DNA from: Vicugna vicugna
Taxonomy: Eukaryota
Direction: 5' to 3'
Assembly: GCA_013265495.1 (NCBI GenBank)
Contig: MU058259.1
Span: 176,161 to 203,222 of the forward strand
Length of the DNA stretch: 27,062 nt
Position numbers and translations under genes: made by a program. Of this stretch, positions 1 through 10,087 are shown in pieces. The notes under the pieces were generated by a model. That model saw nothing but the letters and a program-made list of their open reading frames with translations, did not search any database and was not told where the DNA came from. Within the stretch, counting starts at the first letter, position 1. Each line of letters starts with the position of its first letter.

Positions 1-39
1 TGATCAATACTACTACTGCTACCTATCATTTATTTACTG

Positions 40-139
40 GTTAGGGACCATATAGTCATCATCTCTGTCACTTCAGCTTCTTAGCCCAGTGTCTGGCAAA
101 CACTAGGTGCTTAATAAATGTTAGATTAACAACTGAATC
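40..139 (+). mobile_element. L2 LINE 3' end fragment
   Basis: cccagtgtctggcaaacactaggtgcttaataaatgttagattaacaactgaat matches the L2 3' terminus (cccagtgcctggcacatagtaggtgctcaataaatgtttgttgaatgaat). Confidence 0.75.
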
Positions 140-264
140 ACCTCTCAGGCAAGTTTGCGGAAATGCGATTATGTCCGTGGACTGATTTTGTCTTTAATAA
201 TCTCATACACTGTGAAAAGGGTCTTTGAGCTGTATCCCAATTGGCATTTTAAGGAGGTGGTCCC

Positions 265-530
265 TAGGCCCTCGCCACCTCTCCCGCCTCCATCCGCCAG
301 CCACTTCCTCCCTCCTGGGCTCTGTTCTCGCTCTTCTCCATCCTGGGGTCTGGAATGGTCCCCAGCCCGCCGGGAGGCATCAGGGTCCGTGCTTGGGCCT
401 CCCTCCCGAGCGTCGCCCCCCGACCCCCGCGCTCCGGCGCCCCTTCCGCCACCCCGCGCCTCCCACAGCCACGCCCTCCCCGTGGGCGAGATCACCTGTC
501 CCTCCTCCGCCGCCGCCTCCTCCAGCACCC
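265..530. promoter_or_regulatory. Partial CpG island / GC-rich promoter-exon1-intron1-like segment, truncated on its right side
   Basis: About 24 CpGs by hand count in ~270-520, against a CpG-depleted background. Contains SP/KLF-like (ccacgccc, cccgcc) and ETS-like (cttccg) motifs and a (GCC)n/(CCT)n run at ~500-523. It fades gradually to the left but ends abruptly at ~530. Confidence 0.75.
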
Positions 531-570
531 TTACTGCTGTCATTCTTTGGCTCATGGCCCCTTTTTCCAT
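496..570 (-). other. Candidate chimeric first coding exon (MLT1D-derived ATG + CpG-island-derived splice donor), MEKGAMSQRMTAVRVLEEAAAEEGQ
   Basis: The minus strand has gaagATGg at 570-568 (A at -3, G at +4), 25 open codons, then CAG|GTGATC at 498-490 in phase 0, followed by G-rich intron-1-like sequence. Speculative; no homology recognised. Confidence 0.25.
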
Positions 571-842
571 CTTCAAAGCCAGAGATGTTGCATCTCTCTC
601 TGCTTTTCTTCCATAGTCACATCGCCCTCTGATGACTGCTGGGAAAGCTTATATGATTTTAAGGACCCGTGCAATTAGATTGTGTCCTAGACTACTCACA
701 TAGTCCAGGATAAGCTCCCTCTCTCAAGATCTTTAACTTAATCACATCTTTGAAGTCCCTTCTACTACATAGGGTGACATATTAATAGATTCTGAGGATT
801 AAAACATGGACATCTTTGTAGGCCATTATTTTGCCTAGCACA
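533..842 (-). mobile_element. MLT1D (ERVL-MaLR) LTR, 5' ~310 bp only, 3' part missing
   Basis: Reverse complement tgtgctaggcaaaataatggcctacaaagatgtccatg...gatgtgattaagttaaagatcttgag...ctggctttgaagatggaaaaaggggccatgagccaaagaatg follows the MLT1D consensus from its TG start, then stops. Confidence 0.85.
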
Positions 843-877
843 CTAGCCCTTTCCAGGAAAAAGTTTGCCCACTCCTG
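843..877 (+). mobile_element. MER58(B)-like hAT-Charlie terminal fragment
   Basis: ctagccctttccaggaaaaagtttgcccactcctg resembles the MER58B end ctggccctttacagaaaaagtttgccgacccctg; only 35 bp. Confidence 0.6.
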
Positions 878-2643
878 ATCAAAAAAAAAAAAAAGTTGAG
901 TATCTAGTTGGAATTTAATGCCGTCTAGTAGGAATGTTACTTCTTAGTCAAGAATTTGGCATTTCCATGATCCTTAGCTTCTCTCCCAATCTACCTAAAG
1001 TACCTAAAGTCATCCTGGCAAATGAGACAAGTGTCAGGGCTACATTATTGACACTTAAATGCTGTGGCAGAATTAAAGTACAGACAACCCCTTGTTGCTT
1101 TTCTCTTAGAAAATTTTCTCTTGTCTTCTCTGATTTTCCCAATGGACTTAAACATGCTTTTCAGCAACAAATTCTGTCTCAATCTCTCCCAACAGGCCAG
1201 CAAATCCTTACTTCAGTATTCTGACAGACATTAGCATTTTCCAACTCAGCCAAAAATGACCTCACTGAGATCACATTATAAAGCCCTATTAAACACAATT
1301 GGCAATATAAAGCAATCAAGAGCTATCTTTCCCATATTTACTGACCATATTAATAGTCTGTCAGCCTGTCTCTCTCCTCCTAGTGCATTTCCTTAGGAAT
1401 CAAATATTTAGGAAGCACTGTTTGCCTCCCTTATCACTCTTGCTTTTCAGCAATCCTGTGAGATAATTATCTTATTTCTTCCCTTCTGAATTCCTAGATA
1501 ATATACCTACCAGAGTGTTTGGTCCTAACTCTAATCCTCTCATTATCAGATCTCAAAATGGTATTTTGTCCCACTTCCTTGAAGCCTTTAGCACCTTAAG
1601 CTGAGAATTTACTCAAATCTCACTTTAAATATTTTCCTAAAGATCGCAATCTTTACCCATTTTTTTCAATCAGTGTTTTTTGAATGACTTGCTAGGTCAC
1701 CCTTCATGTATCATTTTAAAAAATTTTTCTCCTGAGAAGGAAAGTTATAAATCACAAAGGAAAATGACATGATTCTAATATTTAAGCTACCTGGTATTTA
1801 TATATTTAATGGGATAGATAATAAATTTTAGAGCAAGTTTTTGAAATGCTGAAACACTAGGGTTTCATGTTTTGTGTATATTTTAAAAGATGTCTAAGTG
1901 AATTTTTCAATCAAATCTATAAAAATAAATCCAAAATTCTTTGCTCTTATGTGCAATTAAATGAACATATCTTGAATTTAATGCAGCTATTTAAGTATGT
2001 GCACACTATAAATATTTTGAATAAAAATTCCATACTAGGTTGGACAAGTCCTTGTTATCCTATAAGACAGCCCAAGAAATAGCAACTCCCAGGGAAATCA
2101 CTAGTATGGGGCCAAAGGGGCCTCCTCTGCTTCAATATTTTGGCTGAAAATGTAGAAAGAATTCAAATCAGTTCTGTACCTGACATGAGACTGCAAGGGA
2201 TCCAAGATACCCAAGGGATATAGGTTCAACCCGCAAGTATCAGTTGGGAAGCTGTTGCCACACCTGCAAGATGATGGTTGAGGGTAGCTAAAGGCTGTCA
2301 CTAGTGAATTGCCTGCCAAAAGCCCCAAGTGACAAGGGCTTTGCTGAAAGTGTCTTTCATGGGGAGTGGGGTATGGGGTTGGGCAGATATGAGTACTGTG
2401 GATTCCAGGGGAAGATCCCCGTCAAAGAAAGGAGGGTGGTGGAGCTGGGACTGGGAGGCACCAATCAGGAGCTGGCACGCAGGATTCAGCTGGAGAAAGC
2501 ATTTGGAGATTAGTTGAATGAGAGCATCAAGGGAATGCCTGATCTAGATCAGAAATCCCAGGGCAAGATCAAGTCATTATTGCTGCATAGAACAAAGGGT
2601 CAAGGGGCCTGATTATGTGAAGGCCCTTCTGGAAGTCCCCCCC

Positions 2644-2800
2644 TTTTTTTTGGTTTTGGGGGAAGTGAGGAGATAATTAGGTTTATTTATTTATTTTATT
2701 ATTATTATTATTATTTTTTAATGGAGGTACTGGAGATTGAACCCAGGACCTCATGCATGCTAAGCATGCAGTCTAACTCTAAGCTATACCCTTATCCCCC
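2644..2800 (-). mobile_element. tRNA-Ala-derived camelid-type SINE (Vic-1-like)
   Basis: Reverse complement gggtatagcttagagttagactgcatgcttagcatgcatgaggtcctgggttcaatctccagtacctcca has A/B boxes, an (AAT/AAAT)n tail and aaacctaa. Imperfect TSD ggaagtccc..ctttt (2631-) / ggaagccctttt (2801-2812). Confidence 0.85.
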
Positions 2801-2919
2801 GGAAGCCCTTTTGGGGACAGCCAGCTCTCCCCAGAATAGAGCCTTCAAGTGAAAGGATGTCCAGGATAAATGGCAGCATTTAGATTCTAACATGTTGGAG
2901 CACTGAAGTAAAATATTGA

Positions 2920-3075
2920 ACAAGAATGAATGGAAAAATCTGCTTTCAGATCTAAAACAATCATATACAGAAATAAAGGATGGAGGAGACTTTGCCTAAC
3001 AGTAGTCTGTATAAAAAGTCTAAGGAACTTCTGTTACTCAAAAGTTCAGAATTAGCCAGCAAGGGTTAAAAAGCT
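2920..3075 (+). mobile_element. L3/CR1 LINE fragment
   Basis: aggatggaggagactttgcctaacagtagtctgtataaaaagtctaaggaacttctgttactcaaaagttcagaattagccagca resembles the L3 RT-downstream region (…KDLGVLVDHKLNMSQQ…-coding consensus); highly degenerate. Confidence 0.5.
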
Positions 3076-3245
3076 GTCCTCAGAACCTTAGCATTTACTT
3101 GAGGGTCTCACAAAATTTTCTTCAAAAAGGTTTTGTGGTCAAATTAGTTTGGAAAATACTGCATATTCTCTTGGGAATTGACAATGTTTTTCAGTTGGTT
3201 AAAGGCTCAGAAGAGTTCTGTGGTAAAAAGTCTTGATTAACTTTT
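3076..3245 (-). mobile_element. MER103C-like hAT-Charlie DNA transposon fragment
   Basis: aaaaaggttttgtggtcaaattagtttggaaaatactgcata...ttaaaggctcagaagagttctgtggtaaaaag matches the reverse complement of MER103C. Confidence 0.7.
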
Positions 3246-3590
3246 TGTATTAATCAGTATGGGACAGGTTATACTGTAAGAACAAACATCCCTCACTTGT
3301 CAGTGGCTTAAAATAACAAAACTTTATTTCTTATTTTGCTATGAATCCCTCAGGGGTCAGTTGAGGCTCTGTTTCTTGTCATCATTGGACCTAGGCTGAA
3401 GGGGTGAGTCACTGTAGCAGAGGGAGAAGAGAATATGGAAAAATATGCACTTGCCCTTAAAGCTTCCACCTCATAGGCAGTACATACCCCTTCTGCTCAG
3501 GTTCTATCAATCAAGGCAATTCACATGGCCATTCATTATAGGGATGCAGTTTTGAACTAGATATGAAGGAGAATTTTCTGAAAATTTGAA
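3246..3590 (-). mobile_element. Old MLT1 (I/J-type) solo LTR
   Basis: tgtattaatcag...ggttatactgtaagaacaaac...tcagtggcttaaaataacaaaactttatttctt...cttaaagcttccacc...cacatggcca. Confidence 0.7.
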
Positions 3591-4100
3591 TAAAGACCCT
3601 CCAAACCATGTCCCATAAAGCCCTGCAAGATCTGGGCCCTGTTTGCCACTCCAGCCAAATCTCATACCATTCCTTCCTTCCTTGCTCAGTTCTAGGCATG
3701 CTCACCTTTCTAAGAGTGCCTACAACATGCCAGGTTCTTTTCTGCCACGGGGCTTTTGCACTTTCTATTCCCTTTGCCTGGAAGGCCCGTTCTTTACCTT
3801 TTGTATAGTTATCTCCTTTCCATCCTTCTGGACTCAGCTTTATTGTCTCCTCCACATGGAGGCTTTCTCTGACCATTTCCTCTAAACTAATACCCACCAC
3901 TTGTCACTTATTTTCTCTCATGCCACCCACATATTTCAGTCTTAGCATTAATTATAAGCTGTAATTTCTCTCTCTCTCTCTCTCTATTTTCTGACCCCAT
4001 CCATATACAAGTTCCTTGTGGGCAGAAAACTTATCATTTTACTACTAAATCTCTAGCACCTTTACATACTAGGTGCTCAATACATGTTTACTGAGTGAAC
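3591..4100 (+). mobile_element. L2 LINE 3' region (with internal (CT)n at ~3967-3985)
   Basis: aagccctgcaagatctgggccctg...ggggcttttgcactttctattccctttgcctggaa...ggctttctctgacca...taggtgctcaatacatgtttactgagtgaa. ORF 3511-3900(-) is its antisense reading. Confidence 0.85.
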
Positions 4101-4111
4101 AATAGGTTCTT

Positions 4112-4395
4112 TTATGGTTCTTTTTTTCAAACATATAGAAGAGTATAGAGAGAATAGTATAATGAACTCTGACATCCCCATCACCAAGCTTCAGAAGTTT
4201 TCAACTCATGGCCAATCTTGCTTCATCTAGACCCCTAGCCAGTCCTCTCCTGAATTATTTTGAAGCAATGCAAGACGTCATATCACTATTATCTGCAAAT
4301 AAATGTTTCAGTATGTATCTCTAAGAAATAAGGATTCTTTTAAAAAAAATAACCACACTATGATTGTCACACCTTAAAATCTTATCAACACTAAT
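4112..4395 (-). mobile_element. Old L1 (L1MD/ME-type) 3' UTR fragment
   Basis: ttcaaacatatagaagagtatagagagaatagtataatgaac...catcaccaagcttca...ggccaatcttgcttcatct...tttcagtatgtatctctaa. Confidence 0.75.
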
Positions 4396-4440
4396 GCTTA
4401 GAGCTGTCCATGAAGAGTACAGGATGCTTCAGAAAGAGCC

Positions 4441-4540
4441 TGGTTGGTTGACGAATATTTACTGAGCCCCTACTGTATGCCAGCCATAGATTTCGAAGTA
4501 AGTCATACAGGCAAGGTCCTGGGAGCTGACATTCTGAGAA
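4441..4540 (-). mobile_element. L2 3' end fragment
   Basis: gaatatttactgagcccctactgtatgccagcca...ggagctgacattct. Confidence 0.6.
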
Positions 4541-5796
4541 ACGGACAACTGTCAGAAACGTGAGATGGGGCCTCCTCCACAGAGCTCCCCAGCAGGAGCT
4601 GTGTCCAAGTCATTCTGTGTGAACAGGGACATAAAGATGTCATGGAGAGTTCTGCTTTACAGGGTAACTGGTCCATCTTAAAACTTATGGATTCTTATTT
4701 TCATGCTGTTTTGGCCTTCATTTGAACCAATTCCTTATTTTTGTCTCAAAATATTTATATGAAAAGCATTTTTTTTTAGTTTTCTCTGCAAGAAGTGACC
4801 TGGATTTTTCTCACTTCTCTGTGATTTACCCCTTATGTTTACCAAACAGGCCACTAAGGGGTGGGTGGCCAGGACTGCTCCTAGCCCATATGCCATCTCT
4901 GTGTGAAGTAAAAAGGCATGCCTTGCTTTGAACAGAGCATCCTATATCAGGGTCCAAGGCTCGGTGTGCAGACCAGAGAGTTGGATTTCAGACCCTTCTT
5001 GCCCCTTCCGAAGCACTCACCCTTCTGTGATAAACAACATTTGCAACAGTACACGGCAGGCCTGCAGGTGGTTGTCTGATCATGGTGCTTTCCTGACTGT
5101 TTTAATTCTGTGCAACTTATGTTCTTGACCTCAAACACAAGTAATTCAGTAAAACTACTAAAATGTAAAGATGAGATACGGCATGTGACTTGTCACAGAT
5201 ATCTGCTATTCATTTGTCAAAATCCAACTGTATGTGAGGAACAGTTATTGGGACGATAGTGTTATGAATATAAAGCATGGTATTTTACAAAGTTCCTGAT
5301 TCTATTGACAGCCAACTATGTGAATTATTTCATAAAAGTGTGGTATACCTGTCTCATGCTGATACATTTCTAAAAAATGATACATAGATAATAAATCCAG
5401 GGTTTATAAATTCACTTCCTATCAAGAAGTAGATGTCATTATAATGTCTGTTGTCATGGAAATAGTTGGCATTTTTTCAGACATATGAGGGCACCTAAGT
5501 AGGTTGAAAATGTGTAGATGTATTACACTTTTTCTGGCCCCTAAATTTTTTTTCTAATTTTTCCAATTGGGGAAAAATCTATCGCAAGAGTAAAAAACCC
5601 TAAAACATGTTGGAATAGCACACTTTAAATTTGAGAAAGCTGATTTTTCTTCCCTGCTGAAACAAATGAAAAGATAGTAGTTCTCTGTACCAAAGAACTA
5701 GCTGAAGTTCTTCACTTACCTTGGTATAGTGTTTGTATGCCGGGAGGTTGGAGAAACGCTGTGTGTTACTGTGCTTTATATGGGAATAGGCAGTTC

Positions 5797-6108
5797 AGTG
5801 GTGTTCTGTCCACTGTGGCGGCCATAGCTCCGTGTGTCCACTGAACACTTGAATGTGGCTGGTCTCAACTGGAATGTGCTGTAAGAGCAAAACACACACT
5901 GGGTTTCAAGACTTGGTATGAAAAAAGAAAGTAAAATATCTCATTAATAACTTACTAATATTGACTTCATGTTGAAATGGTATTTTAGATACATTGGGTT
6001 AAATGTTATGCTATTAAGATTATTTTTGCCTGTTCTCTTTCACCTTTTATAATGTGGCTACTAGAACACTTTATGTGGCTTGCATTACGTATTTTTTGGA
6101 CTGCACTG
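5797..6108 (-). mobile_element. MER33 hAT-Charlie DNA transposon
   Basis: cacttgaatgtggctggtctcaactggaatgtgctgtaagagcaaaacacacactgggtttcaagacttggtatgaaaaaag...aatgtggctactagaa...ttggactgcactg. Confidence 0.85.
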
Positions 6109-6764
6109 ATTTAGGTATACACAGTACCAGCATGATATGATGCCTAGATGTCTGGTCAACTGTGACAACCAAAAACTCATCCATTCTTGTGAATATTTTC
6201 TTTGGCAGCCAGTTAGACTGCTGGCCTGGTTTTCTCTGGGCAAACACAGGCAGAGGGGAAGGTATTGTGGAGATGGGGTGGGGAGGGGCATGTGCATTAT
6301 AAAACCAGGTTTTACTCTTACCAGGTGACTTGAGGCAAACTGCAATGAAATCCCCTTGACCGCTTCCACCCAGACCTCTACTTATGGTGGTGTGTCTGTC
6401 CCCAGGTGTTACTATTAGTCTCTTCTGAGCAAATCACATTATCTAAGATGTTCAGCTATTTGGAAGAATTGTAAGACCATTTTGTCATTACATGGCAAGG
6501 ACTGCGATATGCCTATGGATATTTTATTTTATGTGGAATTTTTGGATGGGGAAAAAATTAACCTAAGTCCAGTAAATTTGGAAAAGGTGGTGAACATTTG
6601 GCAGAGTGCTGGTTGATATACTTCATTGCAAATCCAATTTTCTTTCCTCACTATCTGAAAAGAGTCCAGATTTCTCCTTTTGAAGAAAAAAAAACCCTGC
6701 TGCCAAAATCCCTGCATGATACCCATGTATATATGGGTTCAGTTACTCTGCCACATTTTCAGTG

Positions 6765-7007
6765 ATTGCTGAATGCCTCCTGCATGTTGGATACTTTATT
6801 TATTTAAAGAAGTAAATAAACCATTTCTTAACATATTTTTGCAAGGTGGGTATTTTCATCCCATTCTAAAAATGAAGACAGAAGTTCAAATGCTTGTGTA
6901 ACTTTCCCAAGGCCTCAAAGCTACTCAGTGGTGTATAGACTGGGGATTTGAAAACAGGTCTTTCTGGCTCCAAAGTGTAAGTTCTTTCCTCAGAACTCAC
7001 TGCTTCC
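6765..7007 (-). mobile_element. MIR SINE
   Basis: aaggtgggtattttcatcccattctaaaaatgaagacagaagttca...tttcccaaggcctcaaagcta...ggggatttgaaaacaggtctttctggctccaaag. Confidence 0.75.
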
Positions 7008-7229
7008 TTAAAACATGGAGCAAGAATTGTTCCAGAGCCACAAAATTCTACATGTAAGCTGGAAGTTTGGGTCTGCTCTAAGACCTGGGTTCTATTCTAG
7101 ATTCTGAGAGGTCCTCAAAGTGGGAGGGCCCACTGCCCAGGATAAATGGGCAAGGAGGAAGTCAGTGAAGACTTGGCTAAAAAGGAAGAAAGAAAACAGG
7201 ACTGTAAGCCAACATCAGACTCTTTCATC

Positions 7230-7412
7230 ATTGGCCTTGAGACCCTGGATGGGATACTTAATTTCTGTGGGTCTCACTGCCTTTACTTGAAAAATCGAGA
7301 TATTTGTCCACTCTGTCTCCTTTATGGGGTTATAATAGAGACCCCATAATTTTAGATACTATATGAAAAGTTCTTTGTAAACTCCAAAATGCTCTACAAA
7401 TAAGGTATTAAT
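7230..7412 (+). mobile_element. MIR SINE fragment
   Basis: tacttaatttctgtgggtctcactgcctttacttgaaaaat...tatgaaaagttctttgtaaactccaaaatgctctacaaataaggtatta. Confidence 0.65.
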
Positions 7413-7694
7413 AAAATAAAAGTATGTTTTCTTATTGTTCTTCTTTTTCATAAGGGATGATATTTGGTTCCTCTTAAGTGGATAATTGTCGACTGAATAA
7501 AGAAAAGCTTATTTATTTGTGTATATTCCTAAGAGAACAAACCTATAGTTCATTATCTAGAATGGCCATGAGAGGGAATAAGTTGTAAACACTTCGTAGT
7601 GGTAATACTAAAAACTCAAGGGCCAGAAAGGAACTTAAGGTCACTCAGGTCAATACCTGGAAATCTTCTTATTCATAAGTGTAGAATATGTATT

Positions 7695-7958
7695 TGAAAT
7701 AAACTATACAATTTTGACTGAGGGACATAAAAATAAGACCTTACTGAATTACAGAGACCCACTGTGTTCTTGGATGGGAAGACTTAATATTATAAAAATG
7801 TTAGTTCCACCCAAATTAATTGATAACTTTAGCATATTCCCAATCAAAATTCCCATGAGACATTATTGATAACCTAATGTAACTTACTTTAAATTTTATG
7901 TGGAAAAATAGCCAGGATAATTCTGAAAAAGAGGAGTAATAAGTAGAGGGTTGGCATT
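7695..7958 (+). mobile_element. Old L1 ORF2 fragment (post-RT region)
   Basis: 7765-7854 translates to CSWMGRLNIIKMLVPPKLIDNFSIFPIKIP, cf. L1 ORF2 [30 protein letters not shown]; frame disrupted on both sides. Confidence 0.85.
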
Positions 7959-7984
7959 AAGGGTAGGTTCCTATCTTCCTACCT

Positions 7985-8425
7985 TGGCCCAATTCCTCAC
8001 TTTCCATCTGTAGCTGCATCCTTTGTTGTGTGACTTTGCAGTTCTTTTAAAGGCCCCTTAACTTGGAGCTTAGCTGAATGACTTGTTTTGGCAGGTGGAA
8101 CGTCAGAGTCAGTTCTGAGCCTAGGCCTTGTGAGTCCTTCCAGGTTTCTACTTGTTTCTTGCCCCCTCATTGAGCAGCGAAAAATGCACCTTGGCTACCC
8201 TGCTGATTAAAAGGGGGGTGACAGGCGCATGGGGCAGAGCTGCCTCTGGCACTTAATAGACCTGCAGTGAGAAGCAGGCCTCCCCAGCCACTGCAGCCTG
8301 AAGCAGACCCACCTAGATAAATCGAATCCCAGTCAGTCTGCAGAGGCCTGAGTAATAATAAGTGGTTGTTGTTTTAAGCCCTAGAGTTTTAAGGTGGTTT
8401 GTTATGCAGCAATAGCTAATTGATA
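7985..8425 (+). mobile_element. MLT1H-type solo LTR
   Basis: tgtgactttgcagttc...tgacttgttttggc...cagttctgagcctaggcctt...ttgttgttttaagccctagagttttaaggtggtttgttatgcagcaatagctaattgata. Confidence 0.85.
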
Positions 8426-10087
8426 TGGCCCTATAATGGATGAAAATCTGTGTGTTGTTATAGCTAGTATAAGGTGGAGACAACATTCAAATCGGGATCT
8501 GTTTTACTCCAAAGACTACATCTTCCTTTGCTGAGGAAGTTAATTCAAGTTTTGTGTTAAGAGACAACGGGCATGATACAGTCATTGTGCTCCATAACCA
8601 GGCCATTCCTAATATCCAAAGACCTGCTTTCTCGTGTGACCTTATAGCATGAATGCCCTTGTTGAGAAAGGGGAATCGATGAAAAAAATCAATCCATGTG
8701 CCCCAGACCTTCCAAGGCCATAAATGGTTTAACTCCCTTGTTAGAAATTTAGCCGAAGGCATATGGGACATTAAACTTCTTTGTCATGAAACTTCCACTT
8801 CCTTCTTTCCACAATGGGCATAAAATGTACCCCTGGAAAACTAACTTCTTTAGATAGACCCAAGAGGTCCTAAAGGTATTTTGGAAGCTGTGGACCTGCT
8901 AGGAAGGGATAATGTACAATATCTCGGGCAATAATTCATGACTTATAAAGGCTAAGCTTTTTAGTTTAAAGAGAAAAAAAATGGCTTCTGTGTTACCGTT
9001 CTAAACAGACCACAAGAATCTTTCGGGAAGCCCCCATTGTCAACTTCTCAACAACTGGTAATGACTCTTGGCTCCCACAGTACACATTTCTGTGGCTGCA
9101 CAGCAGTATTTCAGCCTCTTTCAGTATCTCATAAAAATCACAGCTAATAAACTCCAATCAGCACCTGAAGGAAGGGGTGCTTGCTTCTAACTGTAATATA
9201 CTGGCCTCTGCAGTACTTCAAAGGGCAGGCGTCTGTTCAAGTCTACCTTGCCCTGGTTTCCATCCCTAGGTGAAGATTAACCATGTGTGCTCTGGGAAAA
9301 TCTGTTCTGAGTTTGCCTTAAAGTGTTTCGTATCCCTTTAAATCAGCTGTTCACTTTGACAGCCCACTGACATAGGCTCCTTTTTCAGTAGTGGGAGGGC
9401 ACCTTTTCGGTTTCCATTTGATCCTTCAGTTTCCTTGTGTTGTCTCTTACCCATTTCAGGCTTCTGATTTCTTCTTTCCAGAAGATGAAGCATGTATGTC
9501 CATGAGAGAAGCCTGATAATTTTAAAAGTTTAATGACAAGTCAAAACTAAATTTGAAAGTTATTGGGTGCCTGGCTCCTGATACTTGAAAATACTTTGTT
9601 CTTAGCTAAGGTTGAGTGTCAGATGCATGATGACAGGGTAAGTGATATAAATTATAACAGAATTTCAACTGAAAAAAATTTTCCTGTGTGTCCAGAACCT
9701 TCTCCTCTGAACCTTTCATTGTTACCAAGGCTTCATATTGAGATCTCAAAGTTTGGGTTCTTAGAAAACACCTTGAAAATGTACGGACTATTTTTAAAAA
9801 TAGGCTATTTAAAAATGTCGTTTTCTTCTTTCATCACATCTCAGAAATGTGGAGAGGGCTGCTAAATCCTGGCAAAATGGGAGAGCATTATTTGTTGACC
9901 AGAGTAAAATTAGTTTGAAATGTTATGTGATATATATCACAGAGTAGGGGTATTACTTAACGATGTAGGGGAAAACTTTCCCCTAACTTGTAACTGTTTC
10001 TCATTCCTCTCAGGAGAAAATGTGTTTCTTACCTTGCATCCACATGCTTTCGACAAGATCAAAACAAAACAAAACAACTTAGACTTC

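Noticed and set aside
155..678. Several overlapping 100-150 aa ORFs (155-616, 225-632, 355-678) as protein genes
   Set aside because: Pro/Arg/Ser-rich low-complexity translations of GC-rich DNA running into an LTR; several lack true ATG starts; no recognisable domain.
2715..2800. tRNA-Ala gene (also 23500-23576)
   Set aside because: Mutated stems, A-rich tails and TSDs identify both as SINE retrocopies.
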